From: an uncultured virus (IMG/VR IMGVR_UViG_3300009093_000038)
Taxonomy: Duplodnaviria > Heunggongvirae > Uroviricota > Caudoviricetes
Reading direction: 5' to 3' (one strand)
Virus record (IMG/VR): IMGVR_UViG_3300009093_000038
DNA length: 64,000 nt
Shown here: positions 45,434-54,156 of the stretch, piece after piece
How the letters are laid out: each line of letters opens with the position of its first letter
Position numbering within the stretch: the stretch's first letter is position 1
Notes under the pieces: generated by a model
The model's database searches: none
Seen by the model: the letters and a program-made list of their open reading frames with translations, nothing else
Told to the model about the DNA's origin: nothing
Position numbers and translations under genes: made by a program

Positions 45434-45580
45434 TTATCCTGCTACCTCCGATTTTGGTTCGAGTGTGCTACGCACGCTAAAGCACATCGTACCGACGCGA
45501 TTCCACCCTTGAATCGGGGCAGAATACTGCGCCCTATCCAAGCTAGGTTTCGCTGACGACGTTATGTGACTTAATTTCAT
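45434..45580 (-). CDS. Putative attenuation leader peptide (48 aa, not in the ORF track)
   Basis: MKLSHITSSAKPSLDRAQYSAPIQGWNRVGTMCFSVRSTLEPKSEVAG; last codons form the antiterminator. Confidence 0.7.
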   Translation of the reverse strand: MKLSHITSSAKPSLDRAQYSAPIQGWNRVGTMCFSVRSTLEPKSEVAG

Positions 45581-45590
45581 TTTCGAGGCC

Positions 45591-45618
45591 ACTCTAAATC
45601 TTTTTTGTTTACAGTCAA
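45591..45618 (-). promoter_or_regulatory. Sigma70-type promoter of the RNA array
   Basis: TTGACT-N16-TAGAGT; -10 box ends 10 nt before the leader ATG. Confidence 0.65.
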
Positions 45619-45637
45619 TAGTTTTCTCAAAAATTCT

Positions 45638-46159
45638 TCATTTATTTTTGTGATGGTCCTTAAAGTGGCTGCTACGCTTGATGATTTCGACTGCGTAGTC
45701 AAAGGCAGCTTGCAGCCCTTTTTCCATAAAGCGCTTACCGATTTCGACTTCAGCCTGCGCTCCTGTGGTAAAACCAGCCGACGCGAGGTTCTGGTTGGTG
45801 GCCAGATTCGTTGCACACAAAAAGTAAACGGACGAGAGCGCGATCTCCTTAGCAACAACACGCGCCGCCAGGTTTACGATGGCATCTCCCAGGTGTTCGA
45901 GCTGGCGCATTTCGATAGGTGACCTCACCTTGGTCGAAGGGACTTTCGGTAGGCGGCTTAATGGTGCCGCAGGTTCTTGCTTGCGCTGAAGGATAGCGGA
46001 CATGCTTTGAGGAACGCAGCGCCAGTCGATTACGTTTCGCTTGCCGTTTTCACTGGGCATGAAAACGGGAGTGAAGCCGAAGATTCTTCCGATCTCGTGC
46101 CACTCGTCACGACTGATCATCAGCTTGAGCTGTTTGCGTGTGATCGTGTCAGGGGTCAT
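45638..46159 (-). CDS. Minimal RNase III-domain protein
   Basis: QLEHLGDAIVNL resembles the RNase III signature; TNQNLA, EVEIG; no dsRBD. Confidence 0.7.
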   Translation of the reverse strand: MTPDTITRKQLKLMISRDEWHEIGRIFGFTPVFMPSENGKRNVIDWRCVPQSMSAILQRKQEPAAPLSRLPKVPSTKVRSPIEMRQLEHLGDAIVNLAARVVAKEIALSSVYFLCATNLATNQNLASAGFTTGAQAEVEIGKRFMEKGLQAAFDYAVEIIKRSSHFKDHHKNK

Positions 46160-48171
46160 TCCTCAAGAGCCTCGCGGTGCATGACGGGCATCGGTTCACC
46201 CATCATGATGTAAAGCTCCTCCTCGCTGATTGTGCGCGTGCCCCATTTGGTCGCGGCTGCTGACTTGTTGTTTCCACCCCCGATGCCCTGCACTAAAAAG
46301 TCAACATTTTTGGTGACAGTGCCTTTGACCACTCCGCCTTTGGATTCAATCAGTGCGCTCACGTCATCGCGCTTGCCGCTCATCATGGTGCCGGTGATGC
46401 AGAAGGATTTTCCGCTGAGCGGCCCGGCAGACTTGCGGTCTTCGACGAACACAAATCCAAGCTCGGCCAGCCGCCTGATCTCATCGAAGTTGGTTTCGAG
46501 AAATTCCAGGAATGTGTCACTGTTCACTTCCCCGATCAGTTTCCTCAGTTCGTCCAGGTCGCCGAGCATGGCGTCAAGGCTGGCGTAGCGAGTGGCGAGA
46601 TTTTGGCAGGTGACTTTGCCAATGCCTTCGATGTTGAGCGCCGAGAGCTTCCTCCAAAGCGGTGCAGCTTTGGCTTTGGCCAACCCGTCTTCGACTTTCT
46701 TGCGTTGCGCGGGTTTGAAGAAGCTGAAATCCGTGATGGCAAATAGATCAGAGAGTCGTTTGGCTCCAGCCTTGTTCACGAGCATGTGGACGCCCACTTC
46801 ACCGCAGCCGTCGATGTTCAGCGCGTCTTTGCCCACGGCGTACACGAGTCGGGCCAGGACCTGGTCGTAGCAGTCGGTGTTGGGGCAGTAATAATGAACT
46901 TCTTTTTCTTTGCGCTTGAGGATGGGCGTGGCACAGCAAGGACACACCTTCGGCAGACGATAGGATTTGTTGTGGTCAGTCTTGGAGGACGAAGGGCGCG
47001 CCAAGGCGACGATCTTCGGAATGACTTCGCCGCTGCGCTGCACCATCACGTAGTCACCCACGTCGATGCCGAGCCGGTCGAGTTCATCCTGGTTGCAGAC
47101 CGATGCGCGCCGCACCATCGCGCCGCCGAGGGAGACCGGTTCCACTTCAGCCACTGGAGTAATCTGTCCGGTCTTGCCGACCTGCACTTTGATGCCAAGC
47201 AGGCGCGTTTCCTTCGCTTCAGGAGGAAACTTGTAGGCGCAGGCCCATTTTGGAGAGCGTGTTCCTTCACCGATGTCGCGTTGTGCCGCCAGGGAGGAGA
47301 TTTTGATCACCAGCCCGTCAGTGTCCATGTCCAGCGCTTTGCGGTAGCTGTCCAGGAACTCGATGGAGGCCGTGAGATCGACCGGCTCGATCAGCGTCGT
47401 CACGTAGGGCAGGCCGTACATGTCTTTCGTCACGTCCAAGGTCATGGTGCTTCTGAAACCCAGGAATTCCAGGAAGGCCAGCATATCCTCCTGGGTCTCG
47501 ATCTCGGCAGGCAGATCGGTCGGGACGCTGTAGGCCACGAAATCCAGGCGCGCCTTGGCCACTTCTTTGGAGTCGATCTGGCGCAGTACGCCGCTGGCAC
47601 CGTTGCGTGGATTGGCGTATTGCTCAGACTCCGGCACGCTCTCATTGTAGCGGTTGAAATTTGACAGCCTCCAGTAAGCCTCGCCTCGCACGTTCAAGGT
47701 GTAGGGTTTTCGAAGCTGGAGCGGAATGGTGCGGATGGTGCGGGCGTTTTCCGTAACGTCCTCGCCTTCGGTGCCATCGCCGCGAGTGACGCCCTGTTTC
47801 AACACGCCATTCTCGTAGCGGAGGTCAAGACTCAGCCCGTCAATCTTCATTTCGATGGTGGCTTCCTGGCCACGATATTTGTCGAGGAAGCGCAAGGTGT
47901 CGTCTAAGCTCTCGACGTTGTCCAGGGACAGCATTCGCACCTTGTGCTTCACCTTTCTCAGCCCTGTCGGTATCGGGGAACCCACGCGTACGGTCGGCGA
48001 GTTCAGGTCCGCCATCTCAGGGTGGTCTTTTTCAAGTTCCACCAGCTCGCGAAAAAGCTCGTCGTATTCCCGGTCGGAAATGATCGGGGAGTTGGAGACG
48101 TAGTAGCGGTAGCAGTGTTCGGTAAGTTGTTCGCGCAGTTCGAGAATCCGTTGGGCATCAGTGACGCTCAT
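46156..48171 (-). CDS. ligA: NAD-dependent DNA ligase
   Basis: KIDG motif, TRGDG, ANPRN, Zn finger, HhH, C-terminal BRCT. Confidence 0.97.
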   Translation of the reverse strand: MSVTDAQRILELREQLTEHCYRYYVSNSPIISDREYDELFRELVELEKDHPEMADLNSPTVRVGSPIPTGLRKVKHKVRMLSLDNVESLDDTLRFLDKYRGQEATIEMKIDGLSLDLRYENGVLKQGVTRGDGTEGEDVTENARTIRTIPLQLRKPYTLNVRGEAYWRLSNFNRYNESVPESEQYANPRNGASGVLRQIDSKEVAKARLDFVAYSVPTDLPAEIETQEDMLAFLEFLGFRSTMTLDVTKDMYGLPYVTTLIEPVDLTASIEFLDSYRKALDMDTDGLVIKISSLAAQRDIGEGTRSPKWACAYKFPPEAKETRLLGIKVQVGKTGQITPVAEVEPVSLGGAMVRRASVCNQDELDRLGIDVGDYVMVQRSGEVIPKIVALARPSSSKTDHNKSYRLPKVCPCCATPILKRKEKEVHYYCPNTDCYDQVLARLVYAVGKDALNIDGCGEVGVHMLVNKAGAKRLSDLFAITDFSFFKPAQRKKVEDGLAKAKAAPLWRKLSALNIEGIGKVTCQNLATRYASLDAMLGDLDELRKLIGEVNSDTFLEFLETNFDEIRRLAELGFVFVEDRKSAGPLSGKSFCITGTMMSGKRDDVSALIESKGGVVKGTVTKNVDFLVQGIGGGNNKSAAATKWGTRTISEEELYIMMGEPMPVMHREALEE

Positions 48172-48230
48172 ATTTCGTTCTTTTCAAAACGACATTACGA
48201 GTCTGATAAAAAAAGTAAACATTTTTTTCT

Positions 48231-48632
48231 ATGATGCACGAATTGTTCCTGAATGTGGCGTACGTGTGTGGAATTGTGATCTGCGTGGTCGCCACGGTGA
48301 TCGCAGTGAAGTTTTCATTCTGCTATGTCGTAAAGCGAAAAGAGTCTTTCGTTCCTGATAATCCGAAGGTTGAGGAGCGCACGCGGGCCGAGCATGTGTT
48401 GGAGATTTTGAAGCACGTGAAGACCGGGCCGCCTGAACTCAGGAAAAAGCCGATTCGTGTGAGCCTGCCGGAGCCTGCGCCCGCACCGAAGCAGGAACCT
48501 GAGCCGGAAATCGAGTGCGGTAATTGCGGCAAAGTGATCAACTCGGAACCAGTTGGTGGCGAGGCCAGAGACGGGAACGTATTCGTGCAAATTTATGAGT
48601 GCGCAAACTGTGGCGCTAAAGTCGAAGTCTAA
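48231..48632 (+). CDS. Membrane-anchored Zn-ribbon protein
   Basis: N-terminal TM; CGNC...CANC. Confidence 0.6.
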   Translation: MMHELFLNVAYVCGIVICVVATVIAVKFSFCYVVKRKESFVPDNPKVEERTRAEHVLEILKHVKTGPPELRKKPIRVSLPEPAPAPKQEPEPEIECGNCGKVINSEPVGGEARDGNVFVQIYECANCGAKVEV

Positions 48633-49915
48633 TCGGCAAGGTCGTCGCTCTCAATCACCCGGCGCACAATTTCCTGCGCCTCCTCAAACTGGCCGCCTTC
48701 ATCACCGGCCAGCTCAGTTTTGATTTGAGCAGCGAGATCGCGCAGCATTTTCATGCCTCTCGGAGACTTGGCCAGGACTTCGCGCATGAAGGCGTTGAAC
48801 TGGTCGTTGTCCATTCGCTGGATCGCTGAGTAAAGGTGGAAGGTCAGCTCGCGCTCGTTCTCTGCGTCCACGGCCTCCACAAAGCTGTCCCAGAGTTTCG
48901 GCCCGAGCAGCATGTGCCAGGCTTCCATGTCAGTGAGATCGGTTTTGTTCAGGATTTCTGCACGGTCTTCCGGGTCGTTTGGCAGACCGGCCATGGAAGA
49001 AAGCGAAGCCAGCTCGGTGAGACCTTTGATGAGTTCCTGGATCAGCACGGGGAAGCAGGCGGCCTGGGCTTGGACAATGGGACGGCCTTGAGGCGGTGGA
49101 GCTTCTTCTCCCATCTGCTCCTCTGGCGCTTGTTCTTCAGGTTCTTCGCGACGCACCTGGGAGACGCCCACGTGCGTTTTTTCTTTCGCGCCTTGGAGCA
49201 CTTTGCTCTGCGGAAAAATCCAATAACCGATCTCAGTGGCCACCATCAGGATGCCGTAAGCGTTGCGCAGACCAGGGTGAATCCGGTCGAGCTGCTGGCC
49301 CGCCAGTTCAAAGAGAAAGTCGTTGCTGACGGCTGAACCCTGGATCATGGCGTTCGTGAAGTGACGCCGTTGGACCATTTTCTCCATCCACTCCTGTTCA
49401 GCCGGAGTGCGCTGCTTTTCAGGCCGGTTGAGCGGGGCCTGGGCTTCCGGTTCATCGGAAGTCATCATGTCATCCGTGTTCAGCTCGCTCGTGTCGCTGA
49501 CGATATTGGCGTCGATGAGAATTTCTTGATTCTCGTAAGCCTGGCGCGCCGTCTTAAATTCCGGCAGCGAGAACACCAGTTCGATGGCGAGGTTTTGTAA
49601 GTCTTCCTGGTGCTGGCTCTCAGCCTCCTGGATTGCCTGCATGGCCTCGATGGTCTTGATCTGGATGAGGCGCAAAGACTGGCGAGTGAGTGGGACGCCC
49701 AGGTAGCGTTGAGCCTTCTGAAGAATCTTCTGCCATTGTTTGCTGGCCAGAACCTCCTCATAGTTTTCAGCCGTGCCCTCCGCGCCGCGCTGGAATTGGG
49801 GATAGGCAGGGTGCCGACCGAGCGGGTGCTGGCCGGTGGCAAAAGCTTGGTGACGCTCCGGGTGAATCAGGCCGCTTGGATCGTCGATAGCCTCGATAAG
49901 CTGCCAGATTTTCAT
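48629..49915 (-). CDS. Hypothetical protein, possibly virion-associated
   Basis: 428-aa ORF coupled to the upstream gene. Confidence 0.7.
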   Translation of the reverse strand: MKIWQLIEAIDDPSGLIHPERHQAFATGQHPLGRHPAYPQFQRGAEGTAENYEEVLASKQWQKILQKAQRYLGVPLTRQSLRLIQIKTIEAMQAIQEAESQHQEDLQNLAIELVFSLPEFKTARQAYENQEILIDANIVSDTSELNTDDMMTSDEPEAQAPLNRPEKQRTPAEQEWMEKMVQRRHFTNAMIQGSAVSNDFLFELAGQQLDRIHPGLRNAYGILMVATEIGYWIFPQSKVLQGAKEKTHVGVSQVRREEPEEQAPEEQMGEEAPPPQGRPIVQAQAACFPVLIQELIKGLTELASLSSMAGLPNDPEDRAEILNKTDLTDMEAWHMLLGPKLWDSFVEAVDAENERELTFHLYSAIQRMDNDQFNAFMREVLAKSPRGMKMLRDLAAQIKTELAGDEGGQFEEAQEIVRRVIESDDLAD

Positions 49916-50742
49916 TCGTCGTCTTTTTCGTCGTCCTTTTTGTCCTTGGATTTGTCCTCGTCCTTGTCCTCTTTTTTGTCCTTGGACTTCTTCTCTTTCT
50001 TGGACTTATCCTTTTCTCCATCGGAATCTTTTTCCTTTTTGCTGTCCTTTTTGTCCCCGGATTCGTCGTCACCTTCTCCACCCTCGCCGCCCACGGTGCC
50101 GATGATCGCTTTCACAAGGTCGCTGACGGCACCCATGATCTCGCCAGCCTGGCTTCCGTCGATCTGAATGACCTCGATCGTACCTTCCTCGCCACCAGCA
50201 GCCGGTTCAGCCGGAGTGGGCGTGCGCCCTAAAATCATGTCGAGAGTGCCGTCCGCCGACTCCTTGGGTTCATCTTCACCTGCGGCGACCATCGCTTCGC
50301 CTTCGCCGAAGGGTGGATCGTCATTATCCAGGAAATCAGCTTCAGGCGGCATCGGCAGTCCTTCTTCGCTTTCAGCAAAGGCCATCTGGCCACCAAAAAC
50401 ACCGATTTCTTCAAGTTGGCCGCGTGAATAGACTTCGGTCGTGCCGTCGTCCAGCGCCAGGCGCAATTCATTGCCGTCCCAGTCCCAGTCGCGGATGGGT
50501 TGCTCGGTTGCTTCGAGCCAATTCTCGATCTCGGCAGATTCATCCTCGGCTTTGGGGCGCGGTTCCTGGCCTGGCTCCATGTCGGGCGGCATGGTCCACG
50601 GACTGCGGGACGGTCGCCGGGTCGGCCTTTCGGTCGGTCTCTCCGTGGGAGGGGCCTCGGTCGGTTCAACGGTAGGTTCGGCCACCGTCGCTTCGTCCAG
50701 AGAGGCGATCCGGTCAATAATGTCGCGTGGATGCAGTTGCAT
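49912..50742 (-). CDS. Hypothetical acidic low-complexity protein
   Basis: PTE repeats, K/D-rich tail, GTAGTTA upstream. Confidence 0.65.
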   Translation of the reverse strand: MQLHPRDIIDRIASLDEATVAEPTVEPTEAPPTERPTERPTRRPSRSPWTMPPDMEPGQEPRPKAEDESAEIENWLEATEQPIRDWDWDGNELRLALDDGTTEVYSRGQLEEIGVFGGQMAFAESEEGLPMPPEADFLDNDDPPFGEGEAMVAAGEDEPKESADGTLDMILGRTPTPAEPAAGGEEGTIEVIQIDGSQAGEIMGAVSDLVKAIIGTVGGEGGEGDDESGDKKDSKKEKDSDGEKDKSKKEKKSKDKKEDKDEDKSKDKKDDEKDDE

Positions 50743-50754
50743 ACGCTCTAACTA

Positions 50755-53700
50755 CTACTTCTTTTTCTTAGGTTGCAAAAGCTTCTCCCAGTCGGGGCTG
50801 TCACCGGATATTTTGTTGGTTTCCAGGTAATTCAGGCCCACTTCGCTGTCGCCTGCGAACGGCACGATCATCCAGGAAGTGTCGTAGTCTGGCAAGGTGC
50901 TTTCGATCACCGTGGGGATGTTGTTCATGACGCCGTTCACGATGGCGTGAACGTCCGGCAGCTCCGGGCGGTAGGCGTCGATGACCAAGCTGTCATGCAC
51001 GGTCGATACCAGCAGGGACTTGAGATTAGCCTCGCGCATCATGGCTTCGATGGTGAACAGGCAGATGAGCATCATGTCCGACGCTGTGCTTTGAATCAGG
51101 TGATTGCAACCTGCGCGCAGGGCCTTACTGCTGGCCTCGCGATCCTCGCTGTAAACTTCTTCGAAGTCACGAACACGACCAAAGAGTGAGACGGCGCGCC
51201 CATTTTCCTCGATGAAAGATTTGTAAACACCGAGGAACTTCTTCAGGGCCGGGTAGGCGTCAAAGAAGGTCGCGATGATGTCTTCGCACTCCTCCAAAGA
51301 AATGTAAACTTCGGCGTTCGCCAGCACGTTTTGCAGGCCGAACGCGCCACCGCCGTAACCGGTCAAAAAGTTTACAGTTTTTGCGACCTTGCGTTTCAGC
51401 TCCAGCTCTTTGGCCTGATCGCTCTTTCCGTGCTTTTGCAGTTCCTCCATGTGCTTCTTCGTGAACTGCTCGTACGGAATCTTGAAGACCTTGCTGGCAG
51501 TGAGTGAATGGATGTCGATGTCTCGCTGGTAGGCGTCCACCATCGACTTGTCACCGCAGACGGCAGCCATCAGGCGCAATTCAATCTGGCTCAAGTCCGC
51601 CGCGTAAATGCAGCCGCGATCTCGGAACCGAGACGTGAACACCCGTTTGACCAGACCTTCGTTGGGAAGCTGCTGGAGGTTGGGGTCGCGGCACGAGAGA
51701 CGACCCCCGCGTGTGCCGGTCAAGAGGAAGCTCGCGTGGATGCAGTGATCGACGGAGAGATGCGGCTCTTTTTCCCGCTGCTTCTTATCCAGGTGCGCGG
51801 ACATCATGTTGCGCATAGGCCGGACGTAGGTGCTGTAGAGTTTGAACACTTTCCGGTACTCCTGGAGCGGGCGTAGGTTGGGATGATCCACAGCCAGCCG
51901 GTTCAGCGTGTATTTGTCCACGGCGGCCAGCTCTTTCTGCTCCTCATAGGTCAGGTGCTGCCAATCACCAGGATCATCGCCGTAAAGCTTGCGACCGGCC
52001 TTGGTGAGGCGCTGAATTGGGCAGTGCAGCACGTCAAACAGCAGCTCTTTGAGCTGGCCTTTGTTTTCCAGATCGAGTTCCCATAGTGGCAGTTCACCCG
52101 CGCCAGTTTCCGCTCGCTTGAGCTTTGACTCCTGGAGCTTTTGCTGGCACCAGCGCTCGATGTCGGGATCGGCGTCACGCAGCTTGCGCTTGGCGGCCTG
52201 CACCATTTCAGGATAGGTTCGTTCCTGGATCGACAGTTCTTCCGGGTCAATGTACATGCCACGCGCCATCATTTTGGTGAGCGTGCGCGAGGCGACTGAA
52301 ACGACGTTGCGATAAACCCAGTCGCGACTTGGGCATTGATAATAGCGGAAACTGCCTGGGCTGCCGGGTTTGGTCAGAGGTATTTTGTAAACTTTTGTTG
52401 TGGCCAGTTTTGCAGCGATGCCGTCACGCGCCTGGTAGGTCACTTCCACGTCGCCCATGACGTACGGTTCCAGATGTGATTTCCAAAGCTCCTTGGGGCA
52501 CATGGCGTAGTGTCCGCCTTTACCGCTGGCCGGGTCCATGGCGTCGCCGTGCAGCTCGATCAGCAGCGTCATTTCTTCTTCGTAACCGGCGAGATCGTGG
52601 ACCCAGTCGTAGGCCAGCACTTCGAGGCCGAGGCTGCCACGTTTCTGGAGCAGCGTGAAGGCCATGTGCCAGGTATCCCATTTTCCTTTTTCCGCGATTA
52701 GGTTGATGCGGTCCTGAAGGCACAGCCAATTCTCATTCCAAGTGCCGTCCGAGTTGAACGGCACGTATTCGTTCTCACGCCTACCCACGGTGGCGATGGT
52801 GAACAGCGCGTCGAAGGTATAGTTGTGGCCAACGATGTCGGCGAGCGCCAGCAGCCGGATCACATAGGGGCTGATCGTGTTCAAATGCGGGAGCAAGTCG
52901 CTTGTGGGATAATCCCAGGGGAAGCCGATGGATTCCGGTTTTCCGGTTTCCGGGTTGGTCCAGCGGAACATCATGAAGACGATGGCCGGTGGCTTCGATG
53001 TTTCAATGAGGTCTTCGTCCTCTGGGTTGTCCGCGATGGCAGAGGTTGCGTCGCTTTTAGTGGCGGCGCGCACATGCCGGAAAAACGACCATGGTTTCAG
53101 GCCGGTGGTTTCCGTGTCGTAGGCAACGATGAAATTGTCGTAGGTCTCAGCAAACTTGATGGCGCGCTCCAGCGACTCCAGGATCACGCCAACATCTGTT
53201 GAAATGTTGTACCACGACCGGATATAATTTGGAGGCGGAACATTTTTCTTTCCGATCTGAAGCGCGTAAATCAATTCCTTTTCCCACCGCGCTGTCACCA
53301 GTTCGTTCTGCGCTGCCAGGATCAAACGCGGCGTCTGGAGCGGCACCATCGGGATGCGCGTGGTCGGCGATGGCCCAAAGAGCGGATGGCCGCGAATGAA
53401 CTTTCCTTCGTTCAGTGGATCAGGCCGGTCAAGGACGTAGTCTTTATCCGTGAGCCAGTCGTCAGGCCAACCGCGCCAGGTCAAGAGGCGACCGCTCCAA
53501 TCGCCAGCGTTGCTCTTGTGCGAGAGCAGGCCGAGGGAAACGGTGCCAATGGGAATCACCACCTTGGGTGGGTGGTTCATCAAGTCTTGAACTGCGTACG
53601 TGCGGCACCAGTTGCCTTTGGTTTTGAAATTGGGAATTTTGGGTCCGCGCCCGGCGCAGCGAGTCACAGGAACCCAACGTATTTCGGCCAGGCTGACTCC

Positions 53701-54126
53701 GTGCTTTTCTTTCAGCTTGTGGATCAGAGCCGACATCCAGGAAGTGATGCCGCCCGCACCTATTCTGCCGGTCTCGTCTTCTTTCTTGCTGATGGCGTCC
53801 ACGAGGATGGTGACGGTTGGGTTGGTCGGTCCGATGAACTCCATGTAGGGGTTACGGCTTCCCGTTTGGTCGAGAGCGCAGGCCGCACAGATCGGTTGGC
53901 GAGGTCCCGGCACCAGCGGTTCTGGTCCGATGGGAGCGTACGCGTCCGGGAGAATGACGACTTCTGATTTTCCTTCTTCCTTCGCGCCGTAATGTTCACG
54001 CAGCGTGTCGCGGAAAAATTTGTCAACGCCTTTGTAGTTGACCGTAGTTCCGTCTTCGAGACGAAAGATTACCTTTGGTTTTGCTGGTTTTCTTTTCTTC
54101 TCCACGACTGTTTCTTGCTCTGGCAT
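50755..54126 (-). CDS. polA: Family A DNA polymerase with UDG-like N-terminus and 3'-5' exonuclease
   Basis: AYDTETTGL ExoI; GRLSCRDPNLQQLP; ADLSQIELR; RKVAKTVNFLTGYG; TVHDS. Confidence 0.95.
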   Translation of the reverse strand: MPEQETVVEKKRKPAKPKVIFRLEDGTTVNYKGVDKFFRDTLREHYGAKEEGKSEVVILPDAYAPIGPEPLVPGPRQPICAACALDQTGSRNPYMEFIGPTNPTVTILVDAISKKEDETGRIGAGGITSWMSALIHKLKEKHGVSLAEIRWVPVTRCAGRGPKIPNFKTKGNWCRTYAVQDLMNHPPKVVIPIGTVSLGLLSHKSNAGDWSGRLLTWRGWPDDWLTDKDYVLDRPDPLNEGKFIRGHPLFGPSPTTRIPMVPLQTPRLILAAQNELVTARWEKELIYALQIGKKNVPPPNYIRSWYNISTDVGVILESLERAIKFAETYDNFIVAYDTETTGLKPWSFFRHVRAATKSDATSAIADNPEDEDLIETSKPPAIVFMMFRWTNPETGKPESIGFPWDYPTSDLLPHLNTISPYVIRLLALADIVGHNYTFDALFTIATVGRRENEYVPFNSDGTWNENWLCLQDRINLIAEKGKWDTWHMAFTLLQKRGSLGLEVLAYDWVHDLAGYEEEMTLLIELHGDAMDPASGKGGHYAMCPKELWKSHLEPYVMGDVEVTYQARDGIAAKLATTKVYKIPLTKPGSPGSFRYYQCPSRDWVYRNVVSVASRTLTKMMARGMYIDPEELSIQERTYPEMVQAAKRKLRDADPDIERWCQQKLQESKLKRAETGAGELPLWELDLENKGQLKELLFDVLHCPIQRLTKAGRKLYGDDPGDWQHLTYEEQKELAAVDKYTLNRLAVDHPNLRPLQEYRKVFKLYSTYVRPMRNMMSAHLDKKQREKEPHLSVDHCIHASFLLTGTRGGRLSCRDPNLQQLPNEGLVKRVFTSRFRDRGCIYAADLSQIELRLMAAVCGDKSMVDAYQRDIDIHSLTASKVFKIPYEQFTKKHMEELQKHGKSDQAKELELKRKVAKTVNFLTGYGGGAFGLQNVLANAEVYISLEECEDIIATFFDAYPALKKFLGVYKSFIEENGRAVSLFGRVRDFEEVYSEDREASSKALRAGCNHLIQSTASDMMLICLFTIEAMMREANLKSLLVSTVHDSLVIDAYRPELPDVHAIVNGVMNNIPTVIESTLPDYDTSWMIVPFAGDSEVGLNYLETNKISGDSPDWEKLLQPKKKK

Positions 54127-54156
54127 ACGTCAAAGAACGAAATCGTTCTATCATGG

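Noticed and set aside
50755..54126. Intein or intron in the long polymerase
   Set aside because: No intein splice or LAGLIDADG motifs seen; length is explained by the N-terminal domain and insertions
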